Positions 33,208 through 45,182 of a stretch of DNA of 64,000 nucleotides are shown one piece after another; within the stretch, counting starts at the first letter, position 1, and the number at the start of each line of letters is the position of its first letter. The notes beneath the pieces are model-generated. The model did no database searches. It was not told the origin of the DNA and saw only the letters and a list, made by a program, of their open reading frames with translations. Source of the stretch: Calditrichia bacterium (lineage in GTDB: Bacteria; Calditrichota; Calditrichia; JAJRVZ01). Both the position numbers and the translations under genes were made by a program. The stretch lies in assembly GCA_963796965.1 (NCBI GenBank), contig CAWCNS010000004.1, forward strand, positions 768,001 to 832,000, in the 5' to 3' direction.

Positions 33208-33229
33208 TTTAATTTGAGGAGATTTTATT

Positions 33230-33790
33230 ATGAAACAGGAAGAAGCAAAACATTTAGAATTTCACATGCTTTACCAGCCCTATTTAAGATCCTTGAAAAA
33301 TACGGCATTTAGATTGACAAAAGATTCTATGGAAGCAGATGATTTATTACAGGAAGCCCTCTTTAAAGCCTACAAGGGAATGGGCTCATTTCAACCAGGT
33401 ACAAACTTTCGTGCCTGGATCTTTAGAATTCTTGTTAATACTTACCTGACACATTATCGGAAAAAATCGAAGCAACCGGTAAAGGTGAGTTATGATGATA
33501 TGGAGGACTTCTCTCTCTATCAAAAGTCCGATTATGACTTCAATGCTGAAATTGTCAATGCAGAATCGGTGAATGGTGAATTATTTGAGGACGAAATTCA
33601 AATGGTGCTTGATAAGATGCCCTACTATTTTAGGTTGGTTGTTATGCTATATGATATTGAGGGATTTTCCTACAGTGAGATTTCTAAGATGGTAGATATT
33701 CCTGTAGGTACGGTCATGTCTCGTTTAAACCGTGGAAGAAAATTATTACGACAAAAATTGAAAAGATATGCACAAAAGCAAAGGATATGA
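33230..33790 (+). CDS. ECF sigma factor (SigH/SigR-like); may extend to 33938 if a one-base insertion near 33780 is an error
   Basis: ADDLLQEA, GTNFRAWIFRIL.N, DIEGFSYSEI..IPVGTVMSRLNRGR; GAGGAG RBS. Confidence 0.9.
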   Translation: MKQEEAKHLEFHMLYQPYLRSLKNTAFRLTKDSMEADDLLQEALFKAYKGMGSFQPGTNFRAWIFRILVNTYLTHYRKKSKQPVKVSYDDMEDFSLYQKSDYDFNAEIVNAESVNGELFEDEIQMVLDKMPYYFRLVVMLYDIEGFSYSEISKMVDIPVGTVMSRLNRGRKLLRQKLKRYAQKQRI

Positions 33791-34037
33791 AGTTGAATCA
33801 AATCTAAATTTTGGGGTTAGCAAACTAAACCAGGGGAATAATCATGATAGATCTGATTCAGACACTTTACTTTTCGAACTAAACTGGATGGACGAAATGT
33901 GCCAGATTCTACAATTACTAATCAAGGCGAATAAATAACTGTGTATTTACGTAGAAAGAACAATGAAGTTGACAAAAAAGTTTAAAATTAATAAACATAA
34001 AGTACACTAAACTTATTCATACAAGGAGAAAACTAAA

Positions 34038-37000
34038 ATGAAAAAATTATTACTTGTATTTATCAATGGCTGTGATGGCATTCAATATCGGTCCTATGCA
34101 CAGGAACCGATCTGCTCGTATGCAGGTTATTCATAACTCAGCTGATAAAGCGGCTGCAATGGTTGATATTTATCTATGGAATGGTGACCGAAAACAGTTT
34201 GGTTATAAAACTAGATGATTTCGCATTCCGGGCGGCAACACCTTTTGTAGATGTTCCTGCAGGGGATTCTCTTGCCGTGATTATCGCCGGTCCTTCATCT
34301 GAAGATGAGACCGATCAGGTTGTCACGACGATTCCGGTTGGTGCTCTTGCAAACGGTGGCAGTTATGTTGTTATCGCTAATGGTCTTGTTGCACCGGGCG
34401 ATTATGCGCTCAAATCCCGATGGTATCAGCACCGCATTTCAATTATTGATTAAAGATATGACCCGTGAAAGCGCCGAAGGATCTGGCGTAGACTTTTTTG
34501 CCTTGCATGGTTCTACAGACGCCCCGACGGTTGATGTTATTGCCCGTGGTGTGGCTACTTTGTAAATGACGCAGCCTATACGGATATGACCGGTTATGTT
34601 AATGTACCGGCAGCATCCTATATCCTGGATGTTACACCAGGATCAGACAATGAAACAATCGTGGCTTCATTTACTGCTGATTTATCATCTTTAGATGGTG
34701 GTAGTGCGGTTGTATTTGCCTCCGGATTCTTAACCCCCTCCGCCAATATGGATGGGGAAGCCTTTGGCCTTTATGCTGCTCTGGCAAATGGTACGGTCGT
34801 TGAATTTCCCGGAATTTCACAGGCACGTATGCAGGTCATCCACAATTCAGCCGATAAAGCTGCGGCAATGGTTGATATCTATCTCTGGAACGGTGACAAG
34901 GATGAACTGGTTGTTAAGTTAGATGATTTTGAATTTCGTCAGGCAACACCCTTCGTGGATGTACCTGGTAGTGATTCGCTGTCCGTTATTATCGCTGGTC
35001 CTACATCCGAAGATGAGACTGATCAGGTTGTCGCGACGATACCGGTTGGTGCTCTGGCCAATGGTAACACCTATGTTGTTATCGCTAATGGTCTTGTTGC
35101 ACCGGGCGATTATGCCTCAAATCCCGATGGTGTCAGCACAGCATTTCAATTGCTAATTAAAGATATGACCCGTGAAAGTGCCGAAGGATCTGGCGTAGAC
35201 TTTTTTGCCTTGCATGGTTCTACAGACGCCCCGACGGTTGATGTTATTGCCCGTGGTGTGGCAACTTTGTAAATGATGCAGCCTATACGGATATGACCGG
35301 TTATGTTAATGTACCGGCAGCATCCTATATCCTGGATGTTACACCAGGATCAGACAATGAAACAATCGTGGCTTCATTTACTGCTGATTTATCATCTTTA
35401 GATGGTGGTAGCGCGGTTGTATTTGCCTCCGGATTCTTAACCCCCTCCGCCAATATGGATGGGGAAGCCTTTGGCCTTTATGCTGCTCTGGCAAATGGTA
35501 CGGTCGTTGAATTTCCCGGAATTTCACAGGCACGTATGCAGGTCATCCACAATTCAGCCGATAAAGCTGCGGCAATGGTTGATATCTATCTCTGGAACGG
35601 TGACAAGGATGAACTGGTTGTTAAGTTAAATGATTTTGAATTCCGTCAGGCAACACCTTTTGTTGATGTACCTGGTAGTGATTCTTTATCTGTTATTATC
35701 GCTGGTCCTACATCCGAAGATGAGACTGATCAGGTTGTCGCGACGATACCGGTTGGTGCTCTGGCCAATGGTAACACCTATGTTGTTATCGCTAATGGTC
35801 TTGTTGCACCGGGCGATTATGCCTCAAATCCCGATGGTGTCAGCACAGCATTTCAATTGCTAATTAAAGACATGACCCGTGAAAGCGCCGAAGGATCTGG
35901 CGTAGACTTTTTTGCCTTGCATGGTTCTACAGACGCCCCGACGGTTGATGTTATTGCCCGTGGTGTGGCTACTCTTGTAAATGATGCAGCCTATACGGAT
36001 ATGACCGGTTATGTTAATGTGCCGGCAGCATCCTACATCCTGGATGTTACTCCTGGCAGTGACAGCACGACGATCGTGGCCTCTTTTATTGCTGACTTAT
36101 CAGCTTTAGATGGCGGTAGCGCGGTTGTATTTGCTTCTGGATTCTTAACTCCCTCCGCCAATATGGATGGGGAAGCCTTTGGCCTTTATGCTGCTCTGGC
36201 AAATGGCACGGTCGTTGAATTTCCTGGAACTTCAGAGGCACGTATGCAGGTCATCCACAATTCAGCCGATAAAGCTGCGGCAATGGTTGATATCTATCTC
36301 TGGAACGGTGACAAGGATGAACTGGTTATAAAGTTGGATGATTTTGAATTTCGTCAGGCAACACCTTTTGTGGATGTACCTGGTGGTGATTCTTTATCTG
36401 TTATTATTGCTGGTCCTACATCCGAAGATGAGACTGATCAGGTTGTAGCGACGATTCCCGTGGGAGGGCTTGCTAACGGCAATACCTATGTTGTTATGGC
36501 TAATGGTCTGGTTACACCAGGTGGTTATGCAGCTAATCCAGACGGAATCAGTACAGCCTTTGAGTTACTAATTAAAGATATGGCCCAAGAGAGTGGAACC
36601 GGTGATAATGTGGACTTTTTTATTCTTCATGGTTCTACCGATGCGCCTACGGTTGATATTATCGCCCGCGGTGTTACTACGTTGGCGGATGATGCGGCCT
36701 ATACAGATATGACTGGATATCTATCTGTACCGGCGGCTTCCTATACCATCGACATTACGCCGGGTTCTGAAAATGAAACCATTATTGTCTCCTATGCTGC
36801 AGATCTGAGTGGTCTTGAAGGAGGCAGTGCCGTTGTTTTTGCATCAGGTTTTCTTGCCCCTGAAAGCAACCAGAATGGTGAGGCCTTTGGTATATATGCG
36901 GCTCTGGCCAATGGAACGGTTGTTGCCTTTTCTACGGTAACCTCTATTGAGGGGTTAAGTAATGAAACAGCACCCTCAACATATGCTTTGAGCCAAAATT

Positions 37001-37239
37001 ATCCGAATCCATTCAATCCAAGTACTAAGATTCGTTTCAATCTGCCAATAGCTGAAACTGTCAGATTAAAAATATTTGATATTGCCGGTCGCGAAGTGGC
37101 AACTTTGGTTGACGGAAGACAGGATGCAGGCGTTTTTGAGGTAACTTTTGATGCTGCAGACTTTGCCTCGGGTGTCTATTTCTATCGCCTGGAAGCAGGA
37201 TCTTTTACAGCCATTAAGCGGATGATGTTGATTAAGTAA
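34038..37239 (+). CDS. Secreted protein with four tandem ~236-aa DUF4397-like units and a T9SS-type C-terminal sorting domain; several frameshifts in the 5' half
   Basis: AAGGAG RBS and MKKLLLV leader; repeated RMQVIHNSAD..VDIY and HGSTDAPTVD; ends LSQNYPNPFNPST..SGVYFYRL..KRMMLIK. Confidence 0.8.
34117..36950 (+). repeat. Four near-identical ~708-bp intragenic tandem repeats
   Basis: cgtatgcagg unit starts at 34117, 34826, 35533 and 36241. Confidence 0.9.
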
Positions 37240-37261
37240 ATATTCAATAAATATAAAAAAG

Positions 37262-37293
37262 ATGTAAAGACGCGATTAATCGCGTCTTTACAT
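37262..37293. repeat. Perfect 32-bp palindrome, REP-like, possibly acting as a terminator
   Basis: atgtaaagacgcgattaatcgcgtctttacat; related copy at 62338-62365. Confidence 0.75.
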
Positions 37294-37540
37294 TTAGTTA
37301 TAGTGTGTATGAAAAGTATTTGTTATAGGAAACCCAAACCATTAACTTTGATTTCTTTTCTTTACTTTCTCACCCAAGCAGAACTTAGACTGAAAGGAAC
37401 ACGACTTGGAGAAGGTTTAATCGGTACGGGCTATTTTTATCATGAAATTAACGGGTGAGTCATGGTTTTTCCTGAGAAGTAAAGAATATTATATCCCAAA
37501 AATTTGTTAGGTGTCTCCAATCTATAAAAAAGGAAAAAGT

Positions 37541-39891
37541 GTGAATTTATTTAAAAAAATATCTATTCTTTTAATGATAGTACTGTTCTTTTCTGCTCTG
37601 GTTTATGCTCAGGAAGTGAAAAAGGGAAAGATTCAGGGTCAGGTTGTTGATATGAGGACCAATGAACCCCTGGCTGGTGTCAATGTAATTGTGATCGATT
37701 CTAATCGTGGGGCAGCCACCGATTTGGACGGCCTCTTTTTCATAGATAATCTTTCTCCCGGAACCTATCGTTTAGAGGTGATGTATATCGGCTATATTGA
37801 AGAAAAATTCACAGATATTGTGGTAAGCAACAATAAACCAGCTGTGGTAAATATCAAACTCTCAGAGCAAATTCTAGAGACGGACAAAATTGTAGTTACC
37901 GCCGGTTACTTTGTTGAGGAGACGATGACACAACCGAGCACGATTGGATTAAGTCGTGAAGAAATTCGCCGCTTCCCTGGCGGGTTTGAAGACGTTGTAC
38001 GCACTGTTTCAACATTACCAGGGGTTGCAGTAAATTACACAGGTGGACGGAATGATATTTTGGTCCGTGGGGGTGGTCCTTCTGAAAATCTCTATGTTAT
38101 CAATAATATCGATGTGCCTAATATTAACCATTTTGGCACCCAGGGTACTGGTAGCGGTAGTCTGAGTTTTGTCAATCTGGATTTCGTAGATAATGTATCT
38201 TTTTCAACCGGTGGGTTCTCCTCAGACTATGGAGATAAAATGTCATCTGTATTGAGTCTGGAGATGGCCCGTGGACGAAAAGACCAACTGGGGGCAAGTT
38301 GCTCGTTTCAGCTACGCAATATGGTTTTAATCTGGAAGGGCCGGTTACCTCAAACGGGGATTTCATTTTTTCCGCCCGTCAGAGTTATCTTGATCTGATC
38401 TTCAAAGCAGCAGGTCTGCCTTTTATCCCGGTTTATACGGATTTTAATTTAATACTAGATTTTGATTTGTCAGATAGAGATAAAATATTCATTCTTGGAC
38501 TTGCCGCATTAGATAATGTTGATCGCAATCTAACTAATGAAGAAAATAGGGTGAAAAATGCTGGCATAATGGATAATACCCAGAATCAATATATTAGCGG
38601 GATTAATTATCGCCGTTTAGTTGATAAGGGATATCTTGATTTAACTCTTAATTATAATGCTTATACCTATGAATTCAGCCAGATTGATGAGTTTGGTGAA
38701 AAATATTTTGATAGTAATGCGTATGAATCAGAGATTGGAATTAAAGCCCAATATTTTCATGCCTTTTCTAAAAAAATAGGTTTGTTAACTGGTCTGTCAT
38801 CCAAATTTATTCGTATCGATAACACAACTATATTTGCAGACACAATTTACAATAGCAGTGGAAACCGTGTTCCAGTTGAATCGATAGGGGTTCAGCAATT
38901 TACGAATGTCGTTGCAGATGGAAACAAATATGCGGGGTATCTAAAAATGGATTGGGCTGTAACACCATTACTCTCGTTAAATCTCGGTTTAAGACTAGAT
39001 TATTATTCATTTCTTTCCGATCCAGCCTATATTTCACCCCGTCTGAATTTAAAATATAAACTGACCACGAAGTTAAGCCTAAAAGGTAGTCTGGGTAGGT
39101 ATTATCAATCGCCTTCTTATGTTTGGATGGTAAATGATGATAACCGAAATTTAAAAGCTTTAAGAAACGATATGGCAATACTTGGATTAGATTATCTGTT
39201 TAGCGACGACCTGCGTATGTCCGTAGAAACTTTTTATAAAGACTATAGTGACTTACCTACCGGTACAGTGAAGGATGTGAATGACTATGTTGTTATAACC
39301 AACACAGGCACTACTTATGGTGGTCGCGAGGATGATTTTCAATCCTTTGGTTATTTTCCCATGGTATCGGATGCTTTTGGTAATGCCTATGGATTTGAAT
39401 TGTTATTTCAGAAAAAGTTCTCGCAAGTGCCCTGTTATGGACAGGTCAGTTTTGCTTACAGTAAAAGCCGTTATACTGCAGGTAATAATTTGGTATACCC
39501 GGGACAATTTGATCAACGCTTTATTTTTAATCTGGCCGGAGGGTATAAGTTTAACGAAAATTGGGAAATAAGCAGTAAATACCGTTATTTTACAGGAGTA
39601 CCCTATACACCGGTCTATCGTCCATCTGAAAACCCTGTTAACCCGGGAACGACACAGAATCTACCTGATGAATATTTCTCTGAACGTTTAGATCCGGAAG
39701 GCATTTGGGATGTGCGGGTAGATCGATATTTTTATTTTAGGAGTTGGAGGTTAACGGTATTTTTAGATATACAGAATGTTTTGAATACCAAATATCAGGT
39801 CAAGCCAAGATACGATTTTTGGGCAGATGAAATAGTCACCACAAACAGCATTGGCATTCTGCCTTCAATCGGAATTAGTGCGGAATTTTAG
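37541..39891 (+). CDS. TonB-dependent outer-membrane receptor; frameshift near 38295
   Basis: Signal peptide, carboxypeptidase-regulatory-like N-domain (GKIQGQVVD..GAATDLDG), plug (VRGGGPSEN..NINHF), beta-barrel ending ISAEF. Confidence 0.85.
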
Positions 39892-40216
39892 GATAAGCAT
39901 TATTCATTTAGACCGATTTTGAAGAGAGAAGAGAGAAAAGCGTGAAGCGTAGAGTGTAGAGAGTAACGACACAAAGCATTGCATCGCCGAATGAGATTCA
40001 AATATAGGGGTTTAACGTTGCCATGCCCTTTAAATATAAAACACAATAAAGCGGCAAACCTATGTGTTTGCCCTGAATTCGTATGCAGAAATCAGAAATC
40101 CATAATTATTTTGAATTGATTCATTTGGATTTTTTTTGGCATTTGGATTTGGAAATTAGACATTTATCGCGATATTGCACATCCCAAATTCCGTATCAAG
40201 AAATAGGAATATAAAT

Positions 40217-41113
40217 TTGAAAATTTTAATCTCAGGGAGTTCCGGTCTTGTTGGTTCTTATTTGGTTGACTATCTAACAGCCAAAGGTCATGATATTTCA
40301 AAATTGGTGCGCAATCCCAAGAGAGTGAATGAAAAAGATCTTCTTTGGGATCCGACGGGAGAAACATTTGATCACCATACTATTGAAGGCTTCCAGGCGA
40401 TCATTCATTTAGCCGGGGAAAATATTTCCTCACGTTTATGGACGCGAAAACAAAAAGAGAAAATTAGAAATAGTCGTGTAAATAGCACCCGTATTTTAGC
40501 TGAGGCCATCGCCCGGATAAAAAGTTCTAAACCTATCATGCTCTGTGCTTCGGCGACTGGTTTTTATGGCGATCGTGGCGATGAGATTCTTACTGAAAAA
40601 AGTGCATCAGGAGAGGGTTTCCTGGCAGAAGTGGTTGGCGAATGGGAAGCGGCATGTGAGCCGGCAATTCAATCAGGGGCGCGAGTGGTCAACGTTCGTA
40701 CCGGCATTGTTCTCAGTGACAGGGGAGGTCTTTTAAAAAGATTATTACCGGTATATAAACTTGGGTTAGGCGGGAAACTAGGCACTGGTCAGCAATACAT
40801 GCCCTGGATTTCACTGCTTGACCTTATTCGTGTTTATGAATATTGTTTGGAAAATCCCGATATCAAAGGACCTTTGAACGCCGTAGCGCTTGAATCTGTA
40901 ACAAATAAGCAATTCACACGCATCCTTTCAGAGAATTTATCCAAGCCAGCAAATTTTCATGTCCCGGCGGTAATTTTAAATTTGCTGTTTGGTGAAATGG
41001 CACAGGAACTTTTTTTTAGTAGCGCCCGTGTTGAACCACAAAATTTATTTAGAATGAAATTTGAGTTTCAACATCCAACTTTAAAATCAGCACTTTTATA
41101 TTTGGAAAATTGA
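40217..41113 (+). CDS. TIGR01777-family (YfcH-like) NAD-dependent epimerase/oxidoreductase
   Basis: TTG start KILISGSSGLVG; HLAGENI, SRVNST, SATGFYG, RTGIVL, GGKLGTGQQYMPWI. Confidence 0.88.
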   Translation: MKILISGSSGLVGSYLVDYLTAKGHDISKLVRNPKRVNEKDLLWDPTGETFDHHTIEGFQAIIHLAGENISSRLWTRKQKEKIRNSRVNSTRILAEAIARIKSSKPIMLCASATGFYGDRGDEILTEKSASGEGFLAEVVGEWEAACEPAIQSGARVVNVRTGIVLSDRGGLLKRLLPVYKLGLGGKLGTGQQYMPWISLLDLIRVYEYCLENPDIKGPLNAVALESVTNKQFTRILSENLSKPANFHVPAVILNLLFGEMAQELFFSSARVEPQNLFRMKFEFQHPTLKSALLYLEN

Positions 41114-41357
41114 GAATTTTAGCCGACCTTACTCAGCCTAAATTTTATTACAGATCGATACACTCGGTAATAATCCAATCAATCCCAGTTAAGAACCCCT
41201 CATATTTTTAAAAACACTTTTAATTATATTCATTTTTGCTAAATTATCTCTTCAAGATAAAGAATAATCAAAAAACGATAGTAGTGGAAATAAATATGTT
41301 ACAGTAGGATGTAATACTTATTATATTATCCATCAACATAAGCATGTAAGAGATAAA

Positions 41358-44300
41358 ATGAACAAAAAGAAAACCATAGTATTATTAGAGAAAAAACTGC
41401 AAGAAAGAATCCTCATGCTCGATGGTGCCATGGGGACCATGATCCAAAATTATCATCTTAGTGAGGAGGATTATCGTGGTAAACAATTTGCAGATCATCC
41501 TCATGATTTGATCGGAAATAATGATCTACTATCAATCACAAAGTCACATATAATTGAGGAAATTCACAGAACATTTTTGAATTCAGGGGCAGATATTATT
41601 GAGACCAATACCTTTAATGCCAATGCCCTCTCACAACAAGATTATAACGCTGAAGCCCATGTTTATGAGATGAATCTGGCTTCCGCAAAAATCGCCCGGC
41701 AAGCAGTAGATACGTATGTAGAAGAGCATCCGGATCAGCCAAAATTTGTTGCCGGAGCCATAGGACCAACAAATCAAACAGCCTCTATTTCACCGGATAT
41801 CAACCGTCCGGAATACCGCCGTGTTACTTTTGATGATGTTGTTGAGGGTTATTATGAACAGGTGCGCGGTCTCGTTGATGGTGACGTTGATCTTTTAATG
41901 GTCGAAACTATTTTTGACACATTAAATGCTAAAGCTGCCTTATATGCTATTGATAAAAATTTTGAAGAATCGGGTAAAAGACTTCCAATCATGCTGTCGG
42001 TCACAATTACAGATGCCAGCGGAAGGACTTTATCCGGCCAAACCTTAGGATCTTTTTGGATCTCAATGGCCTCCTTTGATCTCTTTAGCATAGGTATTAA
42101 TTGTGCTTTAGGAGCAAGGGAAATGCTTCCCTTTATTGAAGAATTATCAAATCTTGCGCCAATTTATTTAAGTATATATCCCAATGCAGGTTTACCCAAT
42201 GAGTTCGGGGAATATGATGATACGCCTGACCACATGGCAGAAGTATTATCGACCATCGCAAAAAACGGCTTTGTCAATATTATTGGCGGGTGCTGCGGTA
42301 CCACACATAATCATATTAAAACTATCGCTGATTCTGTAAAGGATCTATCACCACGAAAAGTACCTGAGAAAACCAATCTGCAGGCTTTTAGCGGTCTTGA
42401 AGCACTTATCAAAAGACCTGAAACCAATTTTATCAATATTGGGGAAAGATGTAATATTTCCGGGTCTACCCGTTTTAAAAAGTTAATTGTTGAAGAAAAT
42501 TTTGAAGAGGCTGTGCGTATTGCCAGAACCCAGGTCGAAAATGGCGCCCAGATTCTTGATATAAATATGGATGAGGGGCTAATCGATTCCGAATCTGCCA
42601 TGGTTAAGTTTTTAAATCTGTTGGCATCCGAACCGGATATAGCCCGGGTTCCGATCATGGTCGACTCATCAAAATGGTCTATTATTGAAGCCGGGTTAAA
42701 GTGTCTGCAGGGAAAGTCTGTTGTAAACTCAATTAGTTTGAAAGAGGGCGAAGACGAATTTATCAAACAGGCGCAAATTGCCAGACGATTTGGGGCTGCA
42801 GTGGTTGTCATGGCTTTTGATGAAGAAGGACAGGCCGATACCGTTGAACGTCGGGTTGAGATCTGTTCGCGGGCGTACAAAATACTGACCGAGATCTTGG
42901 GATTCTGTCCTTGTGATATAATCTTTGATCCGAACATCTTTGCTGTTGGGACTGGAATTGATGAACACAAGGACTATGCGGTCAGTTATTTTGAAGCCAC
43001 CAGACAGCTAAAGGCTATGTTCCCAGGGGTATTGATCAGTGGTGGGGTTAGTAATGTCTCGTTTTCTTTCCGGGGCAATAATGCCATTCGTGAAACAATC
43101 CATTCTGCTTTTCTTTATCATGCCATTCAGGCTGGAATGGATATGGGTATTGTTAATGCAGGACAAATAGTCGTTTATGAGGATATCGAGCCTGATCTAC
43201 GGGAAAGAGTTGAAGATGTTCTTTTAAACCGGCGTGATGATGCTACGGATCGTTTATTAGCTGTGGTTGATACTGTCCAACAAAAAAAGAAGGATTCAAA
43301 GGAAGATTTAAGTTGGCGGAATGATGAAGTAACAAAGCGCTTAACCCACGCCCTGGTCAATGGTATCAATGAATACATTGAGGAAGATACAGAAGAGGCA
43401 CGTAAAGAGCTGAAAAGATCCCTTGTTGATCATCGAGGGTCCGCTGATGACCGGTATGAATATTGTCGGTGATCTTTTTGGATCCGGAAAAATGTTTCTA
43501 CCCCAGGTCGTTAAAAGTGCACGTGTTATGAAAAAAGCGGTTGCCTATCTGATTCCTTTTCTCGAGGCTGGGAAAAGTCAGTCCGGACTGGGCGCAAATG
43601 GAAAAATTCTGCTGGCCACAGTAAAGGGTGATGTACATGACATCGGTAAGAATATTGTTGGTGTTGTTCTGGGATGTAATAATTATGATATCATTGATTT
43701 AGGTGTTATGAATCCTGCGGAGAAGATTGTCGAGATGGCCAGGGAAAACCAGGTTGATGTGATCGGTTTGAGTGGATTGATTACGCCGTCTTTAGATGAG
43801 ATGGTCCATGTGGCCAAGGTATTAAACAGAGAAGGAATTGATCTCCCCCTTCTGATTGGTGGAGCAACGACATCTGCCGTTCATACGGCGGTAAAAATCG
43901 CACCTGTGTATAATGGTGTGACCGTTCACGTCCTTGATGCATCGCGTGCAGTTGGTGTAACGAGCAAGTTAATCAATAAAAATCAATCCGAAGCGTTTAT
44001 TACATCTGTCAAATCAGAACAGGGCCAACAGGTTGAAATGCATAAAAAGAAACATGGGGATCGAAGTTGGCTTTCCATCGATGTATCCAGAAAACGGAAG
44101 CATCAGATAAACTGGCCTGAATCTAATATCCTTCCACCCATCTCTCCTGGAATTCAAACATTTGACGATTACCCCATAAGCGAGATTATTCCCTGGATAG
44201 ATTGGACGCCATTTTTTCACACCTGGGAAATGAAGGGGCGTTATCCTGAGATTATAGATGATGATAAATATGGTTCAGAGGCATCAAAAATATTTAAAGA

Positions 44301-45042
44301 TGCTCAAAATCTATTGGAAAGAATTGTAGGGAATCGTTTGTTAAAGGGACGTGGTGTTATTGGAATATTCCCAGCCAACTCGGTTGGAGATGATATAGAG
44401 GTTTTTACAGATAATTCACGTCAGCATGTGGCGGCTATTTTTCATACGCTTCGTCAGCAAGGTGATAAAGGAGCTGATCGATCCAATTTTGCACTATCTG
44501 ATTTTATAGCACCAAAGGAAACGGGTCTTGACGACTACATTGGTGCTTTCGCCCTCACGACGGGAATTGGCTCAAAAGAAGAAGTAGCAAGATTTGAAGC
44601 GGATCATGATGATTATAATGCTATATTATTGCAAGCCCTGGCTGATCGTTTGGCTGAAGCTTTTGCTGAGTTGATGCATTGCCGTGTGCGCAAAGAATTC
44701 TGGGGTTATGATACAGAAGAAGATCTTGACGTAAATGATCTGATCAAGGAGAAATTCCGAGGAATCCGGCCAGCTCCCGGTTATCCTGCCTGTCCAGATC
44801 ATACTGAAAAGCATACGATATTTGATTTATTATCTGTAGAACAAAACACAGGTATTACCCTGACCGAATCATTTGCCATGGATCCACCTGCTTCGATTAG
44901 TGGATATTATTTTGCTCACCCTGAAGCAAAATATTTTGGTGTTGGAAAAATTACACGTGATCAAGTCGCTGACTATGCCAGACGCAAAGGTGTTGATTTG
45001 GCCGTAATGGAAAAATGGTTAGGAGCAAATCTGAGTTATTGA
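41358..45042 (+). CDS. metH: Cobalamin-dependent methionine synthase; frameshift near 43420
   Basis: [46 protein letters not shown]. Confidence 0.95.
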
Positions 45043-45182
45043 TGGAGCAGAAAGCAGAATAATTTCCACGATTTTTTCTTTTTTAAATTACCTTCTTTGT
45101 TTAAATTCAATAAATGATAATAGATCTCTTATTTTAGTTCTGCATACGCATAAAAATGATGGTTTGATGAAAAGGAATTTTT

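Noticed and set aside
34117..36950. Long repeats as a DGR template/variable pair or mobile element
   Set aside because: They are in-frame coding domain repeats, differences are not adenine-specific, and no reverse transcriptase or transposase is present
37309..37458. 49-codon ORF or riboswitch upstream of the TonB receptor
   Set aside because: No RBS, no recognisable motif and no cobalamin-riboswitch consensus seen by eye
30164..45042. uvrB, TonB receptor and metH as pseudogenes or programmed frameshifts
   Set aside because: Single indels, mostly at short homopolymers, with intact motifs on both sides and the same pattern window-wide; sequencing error is the simpler explanation
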